Made by a program: the position numbers and the translations under genes
DNA from: Lama glama
Lineage: Eukaryota
Length of the DNA: 64,000 nucleotides
Direction of reading: 5' to 3'
Assembly (NCBI GenBank): GCA_028534125.1
Contig: CM052817.1
Location: 10,232,001-10,296,000 of the forward strand
Notes under the pieces: generated by a model
The model's database searches: none
Seen by the model: only the letters and a program-made list of their open reading frames with translations
Told to the model about the DNA's origin: nothing
Shown here: in pieces, positions 37,310-48,900 of the stretch
Layout of the letters: the number at the start of each line of letters is the position of its first letter
Position numbering within the stretch: position 1 is the stretch's first letter

Positions 37310-40120
37310 TATTTTATTAATAAATCTTACATTTTAGAACAGTTCTAGATTTACAAGAAAATTGCAAACCTGGTGTAGAGTTTCCACATAACCTCACACC
37401 CAGTTTCTTTTATTATCATTTTACATTAGTAGAGTATATTTGTTATGATTAATTAAACAATGTTGATACATTATTATGAATTAAAGTCCATAAGGTTTTC
37501 AGATCTCCTTAATTTTTACTTAACGTCTTTTTTTCTGTTCCAAGGTTCCATCCAGGATAGACATTACGTTCAAATGCCATGTTTTCTAGGGTTGTCTTGG
37601 CTGATTCTCAGACTGTCCTCATGTTTGATGATGTCGATGCCTCTGAAGATTACTGGCATATTCTGCAGAATGCCTCTCAGTTGGTATTTGTCTGTTCCTT
37701 TTCTCATGATTAGCCCAGAGTCAGAGGCTTTGGAAGAAAGAAGATAAAGGTAAATGGCATTTTTATCACATTATGTCAAGAGTACATACAACCAGAACGC
37801 CTTATCACTGCTGATGTCGGCCCTGATTACCTAGAAGGGGTGGTGTTTGTTTTCCACTGTGGAGTTACTTCCTTCACTTCCTCCTCTCCCCTCGCTCAGA
37901 TACTGTGCTGTGGAATGAAGTCTTTACTTGCAATTCACATTTAAAAAGTGGGCAGTTATGCTCCATCTCCTTAGGTCAGAGTATCTACATACACTATTTG
38001 GAATTTTTCTGCATGGAAGTTTTGCCTCTTCTCTCACACTTATTTATTTATATCAGTGAGGTTTATGATAATTTATTTTATGTCTTAGGTTATGATCCAG
38101 TATTTATTCTATTGCTCTTTTTTTCCCCACCAATTTGACCATCTGGGATTTTTTCACTTAGCTCTTATTTCCCTTTGACATGCCCCCATCATTGCGTGTG
38201 TCAATACTTTCTTTCTTTCTGGCCTTGTAAGATGCTCCAGGCTCATCCAGTACATTCCCTGCTTCAGCACTAGAATCGGCCATTTCTCCAACAGACTCTG
38301 TTCTTTTTGTTGAAGAATGGTATTAGAAACCAAGATCTGCACTAAGTGTGTTCATTGCTACTGGAGGGTTGTTACATTTAGGTCTCCACAGCTGACAAAA
38401 CAGGGGAATATGTGTGCGTATATTAATTCATGCATATACAGATATCTATAAATATTTCTGTATGTTACCATCTGTATCTATATTCAGCCAAACGCGAGCT
38501 GATGCTGATGTCTTCAACTCTGATTCATTATCATAGGAATCATTCTAGCCTTTTCCCCGGCTTGTCTGTAGTCTTTCACTTCAGCAGTGAGAAAACCACC
38601 ATTTTCCATCCATTTTACTTAATTGTTCATCTCTAGTATATAAGCATAGCAGTATCAGAATTGTTAATCAATACACTTGGGGTAAACAATTTTACCAACT
38701 AGTGTATGGTGCTGATTGAATGAGTATAATTTATTTTGCTTTTAGCTTTACAGACTCTACTCATTTCTGGATTTGCTTAGGTAAGGACATTTTCCCCCTG
38801 ACCCCTTCAAGTGAGGTTGTCTCATGTATTTCCGATGCATTTAGATTGTATTGTCACATTCTATATTCCATCTTGGGATTCTACTGACCACTTAAGTAGT
38901 TATTTTTTTATTTGAATGCTTAAGATGCACTCTTTGCTCAGTAAAGCCCAATGGGTTTTGACAAATGCATAGTGTGGTATATCCACAGTATCATACTATT
39001 TCAGACAGAATGGTTTTACCTCCCTGAAAAAATTCACCTGTTCACATCTCCATTCTCTCCTCTGAAACTCTTGACAACTACTGATTTTTTCACTGTCTAT
39101 AGTTTTGCCTTTTCTAGAGGATCGTATAAATAGAATTCTATAGTACGTAGTATTTGTATATTAGTTTCTTTCACTTAGTGATATGCATTTAAGGTGAACC
39201 CATGTCTCTTTATGGCATTATTGCTCATTTTTATTGGTGAATAATATTCCCTTGTATAGCTGTACCACAGTTTCCTTAATCCTTTGATCTATTGAAGAAT
39301 ATCTTGATTGCTTCCAGTTTTTGGCAATTATGGATAAAGCTGCTATAAACATTTACATTCAGGTTTTGTGTGGACATAACTTTTCAAGTCTATTGGGTAA
39401 ATATCTAGGAATGCAATTGCTAGATTTTGGGTTTTTTTGTAAAAAACCTGCCAAACTGTCTTCCAAGTGGCAGTATAATTTTACATCCCCACAAGCAAGG
39501 AAGGCAAATTGTTTGTTCTGAAACTTTTCCAGGAATTGGTATTGTCAGTATTTAAAAATTTAGCATTCTAGTAGGTGTGCGGTAGGATCTCATTGTTGTC
39601 TTAATTTGCAGTTCCCTTGTGACAAATTGTCTTAGTTCATTCAGGCTGCTATAACAAAAATACCATAGACCAGGTGGCTTAAAAAACAAACATTTGTTTC
39701 CCAGAGTTCTGTTGGCTGAGAAACTTAAGATCAAGAAGCTGGCAAATTCAGTGTCTGGTGAGGGTCTGCTTCCTGGTTCATAGGTGACTGTCTTCTCATT
39801 ATGTCCTTAAATAGTGGAAGAGGCTAGGGAGCTCTCTGGGGTCTCTTCTACTCGGGCATTAATCTCATTCATGTGGGTGCTATCCCCATGACCTAACCCC
39901 TTCCTTAAGGTCCCGCTTTTAAATAGCATTGTCTTAGGGATTAGGTTTCAACATATGGATTTGAGGGGAAACAAGCATTCAGTTTACAACATACATGATT
40001 CAAGCAGCTTTTTATGTACTTATTTGTCATCTGTGTATCTTCTTTGATGAGTTGTCTGTTCAGATTTTTGCCCATTTTTCAGTTGAACTTTTGCTTTGCT
40101 TATTGTTGAGTCTTAAAATA
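37310..40120 (-). mobile_element. Old L1 (L1MC/MB-like) 3' region, interrupted by an LTR
   Basis: ttttagaacagttctagatttacaagaaaattgcaaa...aagatgctccaggctcatc...tggtattagaaaccaagatctg...ttccagtttttggcaattatggataaagctgctataaaca. Confidence 0.8.
39628..39991 (-). mobile_element. MLT1A/MST-type LTR
   Basis: tgtcttagttcattcaggctgctataacaaaaataccatagacc...agggattaggtttcaacatatggatttgaggg. Confidence 0.85.
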
Positions 40121-41619
40121 CTTCTTTAAGTGCCTGATAAATTTGCAGGAAAGAAGGAAGTTCTTCAAAGTACTGACATGGCAAGAAAGTTTAAATTCAT
40201 GTGTAAGCAAACACTGGAACCAGCATTTTTTTCCTGGAGATTTTTGCCAATGCCTGGAAGTCTAGAATTTGGTGTTAATGTGTAATGCAGTGGCAAATGG
40301 GAGAGAAGGGTGAGGGCCTAAACTGGGGGCGGTCAGGAGATTAGTATTGAACAGAAACTGCAAGGAATGAAAAAAAAATCCAACCAACTGAAAAATCAAA
40401 GCAGAAAACTTGCTCTGCAGAAGAAGTAGCAAAGAGATTGTTTTTCCAAGCCTATGGATATTTGGATGGATGATGAATGAATTGGTCGTCGGGGGTGGTC
40501 GGTGGAGAGGGGTGGGAATGAGCAGGGATCAAACAATGTCTACACTATCAGTCTTAAGTGTAACTCAAATTCACATGGGGATGGGCATGAATTCACACCA
40601 TCTGGGTAGACATATTCATGAAAATCACCAGTTAAAATATAATTTAATTCTCATTTATATTTCCTATCTTTTTATTTTCCTGTCTGCATTACCTGTAATT
40701 TCTTCATGTCTATCTTCCAGTTCACATATTCTCACTTTGGATTGGTAAGATCTTCATTAATCAAATGTCAAATACCAATTGTTTCTGGAAGAAAAGACTT
40801 TAAACTCAGACCTCAAATAATAATCAAACATAAAATTCCAGGGAGCATGAGTTCATTAACACACACACACACATCCACCCAACAAAAGCACAAGGAAAAG
40901 AACCTATCATGAGCAAGTTAGCAAATAGAAAAAAATGTGGGGTCAAATCCCAAACTGGAGTTTTCAGATATAGGATACTAAATGAACATATTCAAATGTT
41001 AAAAATCTAAAAGGATTGAAAATATGATAGAAGTACAAGAGACTACCACAACTGACCCATCACAATTGGAATAAAACGTATGTGACATCAAGAAATTTAA
41101 AAAGTAAAAATATATTAAAACTCAGTGGAAAGACTAATGTAGACTAGAGACATTAAAAGAGAGAATAAGTGATCTGGGATAGGTTTGAGGAAATTACAGA
41201 GAATGCATCTCCACAGAGACAAGAGATGGAAAGTATGAATGAGAATAAAAGGACATGAATGAGTTAGGAAGTCAAACATAAGCCTAATGGAAGCTCCAGA
41301 AAGATGACAGGGAAGAGGGAGAAGTCATATTAAAAAAATAATGTCTGAGCACATTTCTTACATTCTTATACTCATGATTCTTACAATCATTTTTTACATC
41401 CATGAGGCAGATAAATCCCAAACAAGATACATAAAGTGTAAGTCACATCTAGAAACAGTAAATTGAACAGAAACTGCAAGGAATGAAAAAAAAAGGTTAG
41501 TAAAGAAGTTTAGTAAAGAAGAATAGAAGAACTTAAACCACTGAGAGATAAAAGATTGAAATGTACGAAGAAACTAAAATTAGTCTGACAACTGATTTCT
41601 GAATAGTAACAAAGCTAAA

Positions 41620-41729
41620 CTTATTACGGTAATCATTTCACAATATATGTAAGTCAAGTCATTATGTTATACACCTTAAACTTACACAGTGCTGCAGGTC
41701 AGTTATATCTCAATAAAGCTGAAAAAAAG
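41620..41729 (+). mobile_element. L1 3' terminus
   Basis: ggtaatcatttcacaatatatgtaagtcaa...acaccttaaacttacacagtg...ttatatctcaataaagctg followed by an A tail. Confidence 0.8.
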
Positions 41730-42224
41730 AGTATCAAAGGAAGCTAGAAGACTGGGAAATTTTCTTCAGAACTGAGAGAAAACAACTCTCAAATAATAAT
41801 TCTATATTAATATTATTAACATTATTATATTAGGGGACTTGCACTTCTGGATATGGAGACATTATAATAAAGCTGTAGTAATTAAGGTATTGTGACGTTG
41901 ATATGGAGATAGTTAGGCAGGTCAGCGGGATAAACAGGGAGTCCAGTATCAGCTCTACACACATATATGGAAGCCTGTTAGATGACCTAGTTCGTCCTGA
42001 AGATCAGTGGAGAAAGGATGGAAAATTCTACAAATGGTGCAAAGACAATTCTTTATTTAAATGGAGATGGACAATTCTTTATTTAAATGAAAATGGATCT
42101 TCACTGTGTTTCAGACACAAAAAACAATTCTAGATGGATTGAGTACTTAATGTTAATGGCAAAATTTAAAATCTTTTAGAAGATTATATAGGCTAATGTC
42201 TTTATTATCTTGCGATAGGAAGAA

Positions 42225-42652
42225 TTTTTTTTAAATTGAAGTATAGTCAGTTTGCAACATTGTGTCAATTTCTAATGTACAGTATGTTTCAGTCATACAT
42301 GTGTTCATTTTTATATTCTTTTTCATTAAAAGTTACTATGAGATGTTGAATAAAGTTCCCTGTGCTATACAGTTGAAACTTGTTGTTCATCTATTTTATG
42401 TATAGTGGTTAGTATCTGCAAATCTTGAACTCCCAATTTATCCCTTCCCAACCTCTTTCCCTCCAGTAACCAAAACTTTGTTTTTGTTTTGTCAAGTTCA
42501 TTTGGGTTATTTGTTTATTTTTTTGGTTTCACATATAAGTGATATCATAGGGTATTTTTCTTTCTCTTTCTGGCTTACTTCACTTAGAATGACAATCTCC
42601 AGGTCCATTCACGTTGCTGCAAATGGCATTATTTTATTCTTTTTTATGAGTA
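42225..42652 (-). mobile_element. L1 3' end (camelid/artiodactyl-type)
   Basis: ttttaaattgaagtatagtcagtttgcaacattgtgtcaatttct...tttctctttctggcttacttcacttagaatgacaatctccaggtccattcacgttgctgcaaatggcatt. Confidence 0.85.
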
Positions 42653-43821
42653 GTAGGGTGAATGTCCTAAGACACAAAAACCATAAACCATAAAGGGAAA
42701 TGTTGATAAATTCAACTAAATTAAAATGGGCAACTTTTGTTGCTCAGAACACATTATACACAGAGTAAAAAGGTAATGCCTAAACCTAGAGACCATATTT
42801 TTAACATATGTAATTGACAGAGTACTGTTGTGTACAATATGTTTAAAGAAAAACTCCTGAGAATCAACAAGAAAAAGCTGAATGATTCCAGTGGATAAAT
42901 GGAATAAAGACATGAATAGGAATTTCACAAAAGGGTAAATGTAAATGGTCAATAAAGCAGGGAAAAGATACTCAATCTCCTTAGAAATGAAAGAAATGCT
43001 AATTAAAATAGGAAATAAAATTTTACAACTGTTAGATTGGCAAGCAAAAACCTTGAAAATACCAATTGTTGGCAAGAGTGTGGAGTAATGGGAACCTTTG
43101 TACCCTGCAGGTAGGAGCATATTTTGGCATAAAACAGTTTGCGATGATCTAATAAAGTTGAAGATCCACACGTCCTATGACCCTCAATTCTACTCCTGGA
43201 TATTTATTCTTTGGCACTGGTGTTCGTGCTGTAGTGCAAATGTTTCCCAGGGCTTCATGAAGATTTTCCAGGGGGTCTGCAAACATAGTTGGTTTAAAGT
43301 GAATCAATTTTTAGACCTTCAACATCTGTATTCATTCTTTTCTAAAATTTTGTCTGATAACACATTTTGGATAAGAACTTCTTGTTGGTTCTCCCTTTCC
43401 TAACTCCCCTTTCACACTCATCCTTATTCTGTGGTTACAAAAGAAAATTTCTCACAGACCTTCTCTTCCTCTGTGCATCGCCCTGGGATATAAACATCTT
43501 TGGGGAGCCCCAAAAAGGCAATGCAAGGCATGGTTTCCCTGAAGCTTCCTTCAGTCAAGATGCCTTTAACCTGTGGTAGGGCTTCATGATTTTTGTGGTC
43601 TTGTGAATTTTTCTGTTAAGAGCAGATTATTGTGCTGAAAATGGAATCTTTTGGTTCAGCTCAGGATATTCTGAATCCAGCAGGAGTGCTGACAATTTTC
43701 CTTACCTCTTGAAATCTCTGACTACCATCCAAATTGCATCACTGTTGTGAATATCGAAGGTGGCAGTCCCTTATTTCACCCAGGTAACACATCCAGAGCA
43801 AGGCTGTATCTCTATCACCTG

Positions 43822-43863
43822 TCCATCCATCCATCCATCCATCCATCCATCCATCCATCCATC
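43822..43863. repeat. (TCCA)n microsatellite
   Basis: About ten perfect units, directly visible. Confidence 0.95.
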
Positions 43864-44814
43864 TATTTACTATCCATGTTAGAGTCATAAGGCAAAAGTG
43901 AAATGTTTGTCAGGGCTTCATGGTAACACATTTATTTAATATGAAATATGAAATCAGATCTTTTTTTCTGATGCAAAGTCTGGCCTGGTTGATTGGTTAA
44001 AACTAAGGATTAGTTTTGTCTGTTCAGTTATATACTGGTTATTACCCATCAATTAAATTGGTTCTATCCTCATTTCTGAAGTTTAAATAAAATATTTTAA
44101 AAGCACATGTTAGGATAAAAACATTTTATCCAAAATGTTACATCAGCAAAATTTGATGAGAATCAACAGTATTTCCTTTTCCTAACCCTTTCCAGGGTGT
44201 ATAACCTGTATCAGGTTAAACAAAAGGACTATAAGTGAAACAATTCCAGGTGTGATGAACAGTTATTTGATAAATCTTTTTGGACAAGACATAATGATAG
44301 AGCCTCTTTGTTATATTTCCCAGAAACTGAAAAAAATGAATACCTCAAATGACTGAAAAAAGTTTTTACAAGTCAAGTGGTCTGCAAGTCTTTACTTTCA
44401 ACCAAATCGAAAAAGGTTCTAACCAAGTTGTCAGCTGAGGGATCATTAACAGTAATTTTTAAAGCTGTTAGATTACGAAGTGATTTTTTTGCATAAAATA
44501 TAGAAAGAGTTCAAAGAATGGAATGACTTTTCTGTAACATTCTTTCCATTTCCAGCTTTAATATCAATGGTGATACTTCTGCCTTGAAAATTTCTAGAAT
44601 GTCCAGAGAAGCAGCAGCAATTCCAGGAATGTCTATAGGCTGAAGCCCGTTGTGTTAGCCTGGACGAGGGAGCCTGGGCTGGGAGACAGCTGGAAACCCA
44701 GGCAGCACCTGCCATCTTCTGTGCCCGCAGACAGGGTTGCCTACTGTTTTCCATCCCCCTCCCCCCAGCCTCCTTCTCTCCTTGACGTCCTCTCTCTGTC
44801 CCACACCTACAGAA

Positions 44815-45078
44815 GATAAAGTCTCATTTTTTTTAAATTTAACATTTTTTATTGATTTATAATCATTTTACAGTGTTGTGTCAAATTCCAGTGTTCAGCA
44901 CAATTTTTCAGTCATTCATGGACATATACATGACCAAGTGGGGTTCATCCCAGGGACACAAGGCTGGTTCAACATACGCAAATCAATCAATGTAATACAT
45001 CACATCAACAAGAGAAAGGACAAAAACCACATGATCATCTCAATCGATGCAGAAAAAGCATTTGATAAAGTCTCATTT
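44815..45078. mobile_element. Twin-primed, inverted and deleted L1 insertion (3' end on -, RT fragment on +)
   Basis: TSD gataaagtctcattt at 44815-44829 and 45064-45078. Antisense L1 3' end is joined to sense ORF2 sequence [47 protein letters not shown]. Confidence 0.93.
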
Positions 45079-45319
45079 GAGAAGAGGAACTGGTGGAAGG
45101 AAGTGCCCGCCATTTATGGCTCTATGTTTGAATTTGCATTATCACAAGGTTTTACCATGTTTATAGCATGACCAATATTCCAGTCTATGTAACGATTTAA
45201 GATGCTATTGAAAAATTTTAGATGTTTACTTAAAAATACTTGAGGGAGTATTTAGCTTTTCAATAGTTTTCAGCAGATACTCAGGCCAAAAAACTTAATT
45301 TTTTTTTGAGGACTTTTGC

Positions 45320-45935
45320 CTTAGGAAAATTCTCACATATACACAATAAGGCTCATATAGAAGCTTATTTTTTTTTGTTCATAATAGCAAAATGCTAGAA
45401 ACAATCAAATGCCCATTTACAGTAGAGTTAAAAAATAACATATGATGCATTTTAAACAATGGAATACTATACAGCAATGAAATTTAACAAGTGAGAGTTA
45501 TGTTTCTCAAAGTTGAGTGAAAAAAGCAAATACAAAAGAATATATACAGTATGACTTCTTTTATCCAAAGTTCAAAAACGAGCAAAACAAAGCATTATGT
45601 TGTTTGGGGTTTACCATGGCAAAATCATAAAGAAAAGCAAGAAGCAAGTGACAGCATAAAATTTAAGATAGAGTTTCTCATGGTTAGCAGGGTAAGGCAA
45701 TGCATTAGGCGTGCATGAAAACATCACACATAGCATTCTATTTGTCAAACTCCAAGGTGGATACTGAGTTTTTATCCTGTTATTAAAATTATGAATATGT
45801 ATTATATATATAAACTATCCTTTATTATGTAAATAATTAAATTATTACTAATAAAATATTATAAATAATTTTGTTAATTATAAACTTAATATTAAGATAT
45901 TATATTCATACTATAATAAATTATAATATTTTTAA
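45320..45935 (+). mobile_element. Old L1 (L1ME-like) 3' UTR
   Basis: gttcataatagcaaaatgctagaaacaatcaaatgccc...aatggaatactatacagcaatgaa...aagttcaaaaacgagcaaaac. Confidence 0.75.
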
Positions 45936-48900
45936 ATGAAATGCAAGGGAAACACAGGTGTGTCTGAGGCTCAGATATTACTGTCAATGGATAAAGGTGG
46001 AAGTTAAGATGAGCGAGAAGAAACTGGGAGCTCTTGTGGGTGGTGACCTATCTCTTTTCCTGTTGGGACCTTCTCTTGTCCATCCCCAACCCAGCCCACC
46101 TCCAGGAACCTCCAGGCAGCTGGGGAGTTGGCATTGGGAGGGTAGCAGTGTTCGTCTTCTGCATGTCCTTTCTGTTTTGACACAAGACCCCCACTGGTAG
46201 CTGGGGCACAGAAGCGAAGTCATGGTTGGGGAGAGGGTCTGGAGGGGAGGAGGCAGCCCAGCAGCCTCTGGTCTCAGCGGGGACCTGAAGTGCTTATCAG
46301 GAGCTCAATTGGAAGTTCAGGCAGACACAGGGTGACTGGGTGTCAGTGGGTTTGCAGGGGCAAAAGGCTCACTCCAGACTTGTCGATTCCAGGACTATGA
46401 GAGCAAGAGCAATTCCAGACACCACTAGCCTGTGAGCCCAGGCTCCCCAACGCAGCTTGCGACATTCAGAGTTTGCTCAGGACCTCGCCTTTCGAAGTAG
46501 GCTGACCCCTTCACTCTCCCTGTCCCCAGGTCCATTCTCAGAATACCTTGGACCCATTCCTTTTGCTTCCAAAATTCCTTTTGTTCTTGTCCCTTGCTCA
46601 TCCTTAGTGGATATTTGGGGTTGGAACCGTGGACTTTTTCTACTGTTATTGTTCCTTGAACTTGGTAAGTGATGTCTGAGTGAGACAGCTGGTTTAACCT
46701 TGGCTCTGCCTAAAGATGGGGCTCATTTACAGTCTCCCTCTGGATCATTGGGAGCTCCACCTGGGAAATGAAGCCGGTACCAGCTCACCACGGTGTCCTG
46801 AAGGGACCTTCCATGCTGGTTTGAAGGTCTTTGAGGAACTGGGATGGGCAATAAATGCCACAGTGTAGACTTCGTCTCCCGATGCCTTAAGTATTTACTG
46901 TGAGGACAGCTGAAGGCTTTGATGGGACTGGAGCAAAGAACATTGACAGGAGTTGTACTCAGTGAGAAGGGGGCGGGGCTGGAGGCCTTTATCCAGTCTT
47001 CTCCTGAGCGATTTTCATGAACATCATTCTTTCCAATAGGTCACGCAGACAGAGTACTAAACACTGACTACCCAGTCTTCCACTTGGAAAGTGACAATGC
47101 AGAGTGATTTTTTAAAGGCTCTGAGAAGTTATGCAATAAAGATTTAATCCTGTGTTTGCCAGACATAAAGGATCATGAGAATTCATCATTCCTTACTTCC
47201 CTCCCCCTCCCTCCTTCCTTCCTTGATTTCTTCTAACATCCCAAAGGACTAGACTTGTCTAGAATGCAGCTTGGGAGACACAGCTCCAGCGATGGGGCTC
47301 AATCCACAATAGCAAGTGAAAACTGGGTCTCATGGCCACTGTGCACTGAGCAGCCAGCCGACCTTGACCGCCTGGGGCACTTGAGGAAGCACAAATCAAC
47401 AAGTTCTGTGGCATCACTAAAAAGAGCATGTTGGAAGGTCACCCGACAGATGTTTTGTATTATTAGTTGAGCTGGAAGAACTCATTACTACTAATGAGAA
47501 TGAATTTATGTCATTTTATTGACATACATTTACCAGTAAAAATGTAGCTCTAAAGAATAGAATGGTCCCGTTACACACGGTTCTAGAATCTTTCAATGTG
47601 TTTCCATGATAAATTATTTTACTTAATTGGCACCTTCTGTCATTCTAGTGACATTTTGCCTTCTGATTGTATAATCAGTTCTTGATTATTGATGGTCTAC
47701 CACCGAATCATAAGACATTTCAAAACACTGTAAGGTGTTTAAATCATTTATATGTAATCTTCAAGCATATTCATTCCTTCTATAAACATCGGGAGCATAC
47801 TGAGATCACAGTTCCCTGCTAAGTCAGAGAATCAGACGATGGAACAAAATCAACTTCACTTTCTAAGGAAGTTTTAAAAGTGTAAGCCTCCTTCATGCAA
47901 AGTGGTGCAATAGGGCCTTCCCACCCCTGGGGCATTTATTCAGTTATTATCGTCCCTGTTTTGCAAGTGAGGCATCTGAGACATAGCGAAGTTAAACTCC
48001 CCTAGGGTCAGTTATGCTGTGAGATTCAATATGAGAGACAAAAATCAAGATCTCAGGACAGACTGCACATTTAAGTCGGGAGGCTTTGCACTGCAATCAG
48101 CAAAGTTTAAAAGCACTGGTGACGCCCAAACAGGGGCTTAAACTAAAGAAGGGCTGCCCAACCCTCCCTGCTGGCCAATTTCTGAGTCCTTGACAACTCT
48201 CCGCCTCAGGAGTTGCTGTGGTTTCAGAATTTGATCATTCTGACCAAGTCCGTTTAGTAGCCAAATCTGATCTTTTGACAGTAAAGAGCAGTGGTTTTCT
48301 ATCTTTTTTTTATTTTTAAAGGCGATACTTGAACGCTTTCTTCAGATGAAGTAGCATAGAGATGCCTAATACAGAAACAGCTCAGGGAGGGGGGTCCTCT
48401 GAGTCCCTCCTTTTCAGCCTCTCCTTGTCCTTGGCAATGGTGGCTTCGGCATGTCTAGATAAAAGGAGATTAGGACCATTCATCTGATTGTAAAGCGGGG
48501 AGACCTCATCTTAAACTACCATTAAATAGTAAAGTTTTATTAGGTAGTTTAGGTTTTTTATTAGATTAGCTTATTATTCTGATGAGCTGTTATAGGTTTA
48601 TTATATTATATAAACATAATTATATTTAATACATAAACTATTACAGGTTAGATTATTATTATAAACCTTCATTAGACATAGGTTGTGCAGATTTTTAGAT
48701 GTAGCGTAGGTGTGGGATTTTATTAGACTGTAAGTTATTTGGGGACCCCTGTGTATGGGGTAGCTGACTAGAACATGAGTGATTAAGGCTCCTTCCACCC
48801 AGCACCCACTGGGTGCCACCTTTGTCCTTGAGCCCCTTCAGACCCCTCCACCGCCTGCCAGGCAGTTCAGACAGTACTGGTTTGGGGTGATAGCCCAGCT

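Larger units (their letters stand above)
40780..43210 (+). mobile_element. Old L1 (L1ME-like) ORF1 and ORF2 fragments, with younger L1 ends inserted
   Basis: ORF1-like gaggaaattacagagaatgca...agacaagagatggaaa; ORF2-like ataataaagctgtagtaattaagg...aaagacatgaataggaatttcacaaaag. Confidence 0.65.
43215..45295 (+). mobile_element. Charlie-type hAT transposon relic, interrupted
   Basis: Left end gaagattttccagggggt...gaatcaattttttagaccttcaac resembles Charlie elements; ~44390-44530 reads like a degenerate hAT C-terminal segment (KLSAEGSLTVIF...KEFKEWND); right-end-like text at ~45200-45295. Confidence 0.5.

Noticed and set aside
44878..45171. 97-aa ORF with reverse-transcriptase motifs
   Set aside because: Chimeric frame across an L1 inversion junction, containing only ~47 RT residues and lacking an ATG start or promoter; not a retron, DGR or domesticated gene.
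48515..48740. Nuclear mitochondrial insertion (NUMT)
   Set aside because: Strand skew is mtDNA-like, but no mitochondrial gene, tRNA or control-region motif is recognisable.
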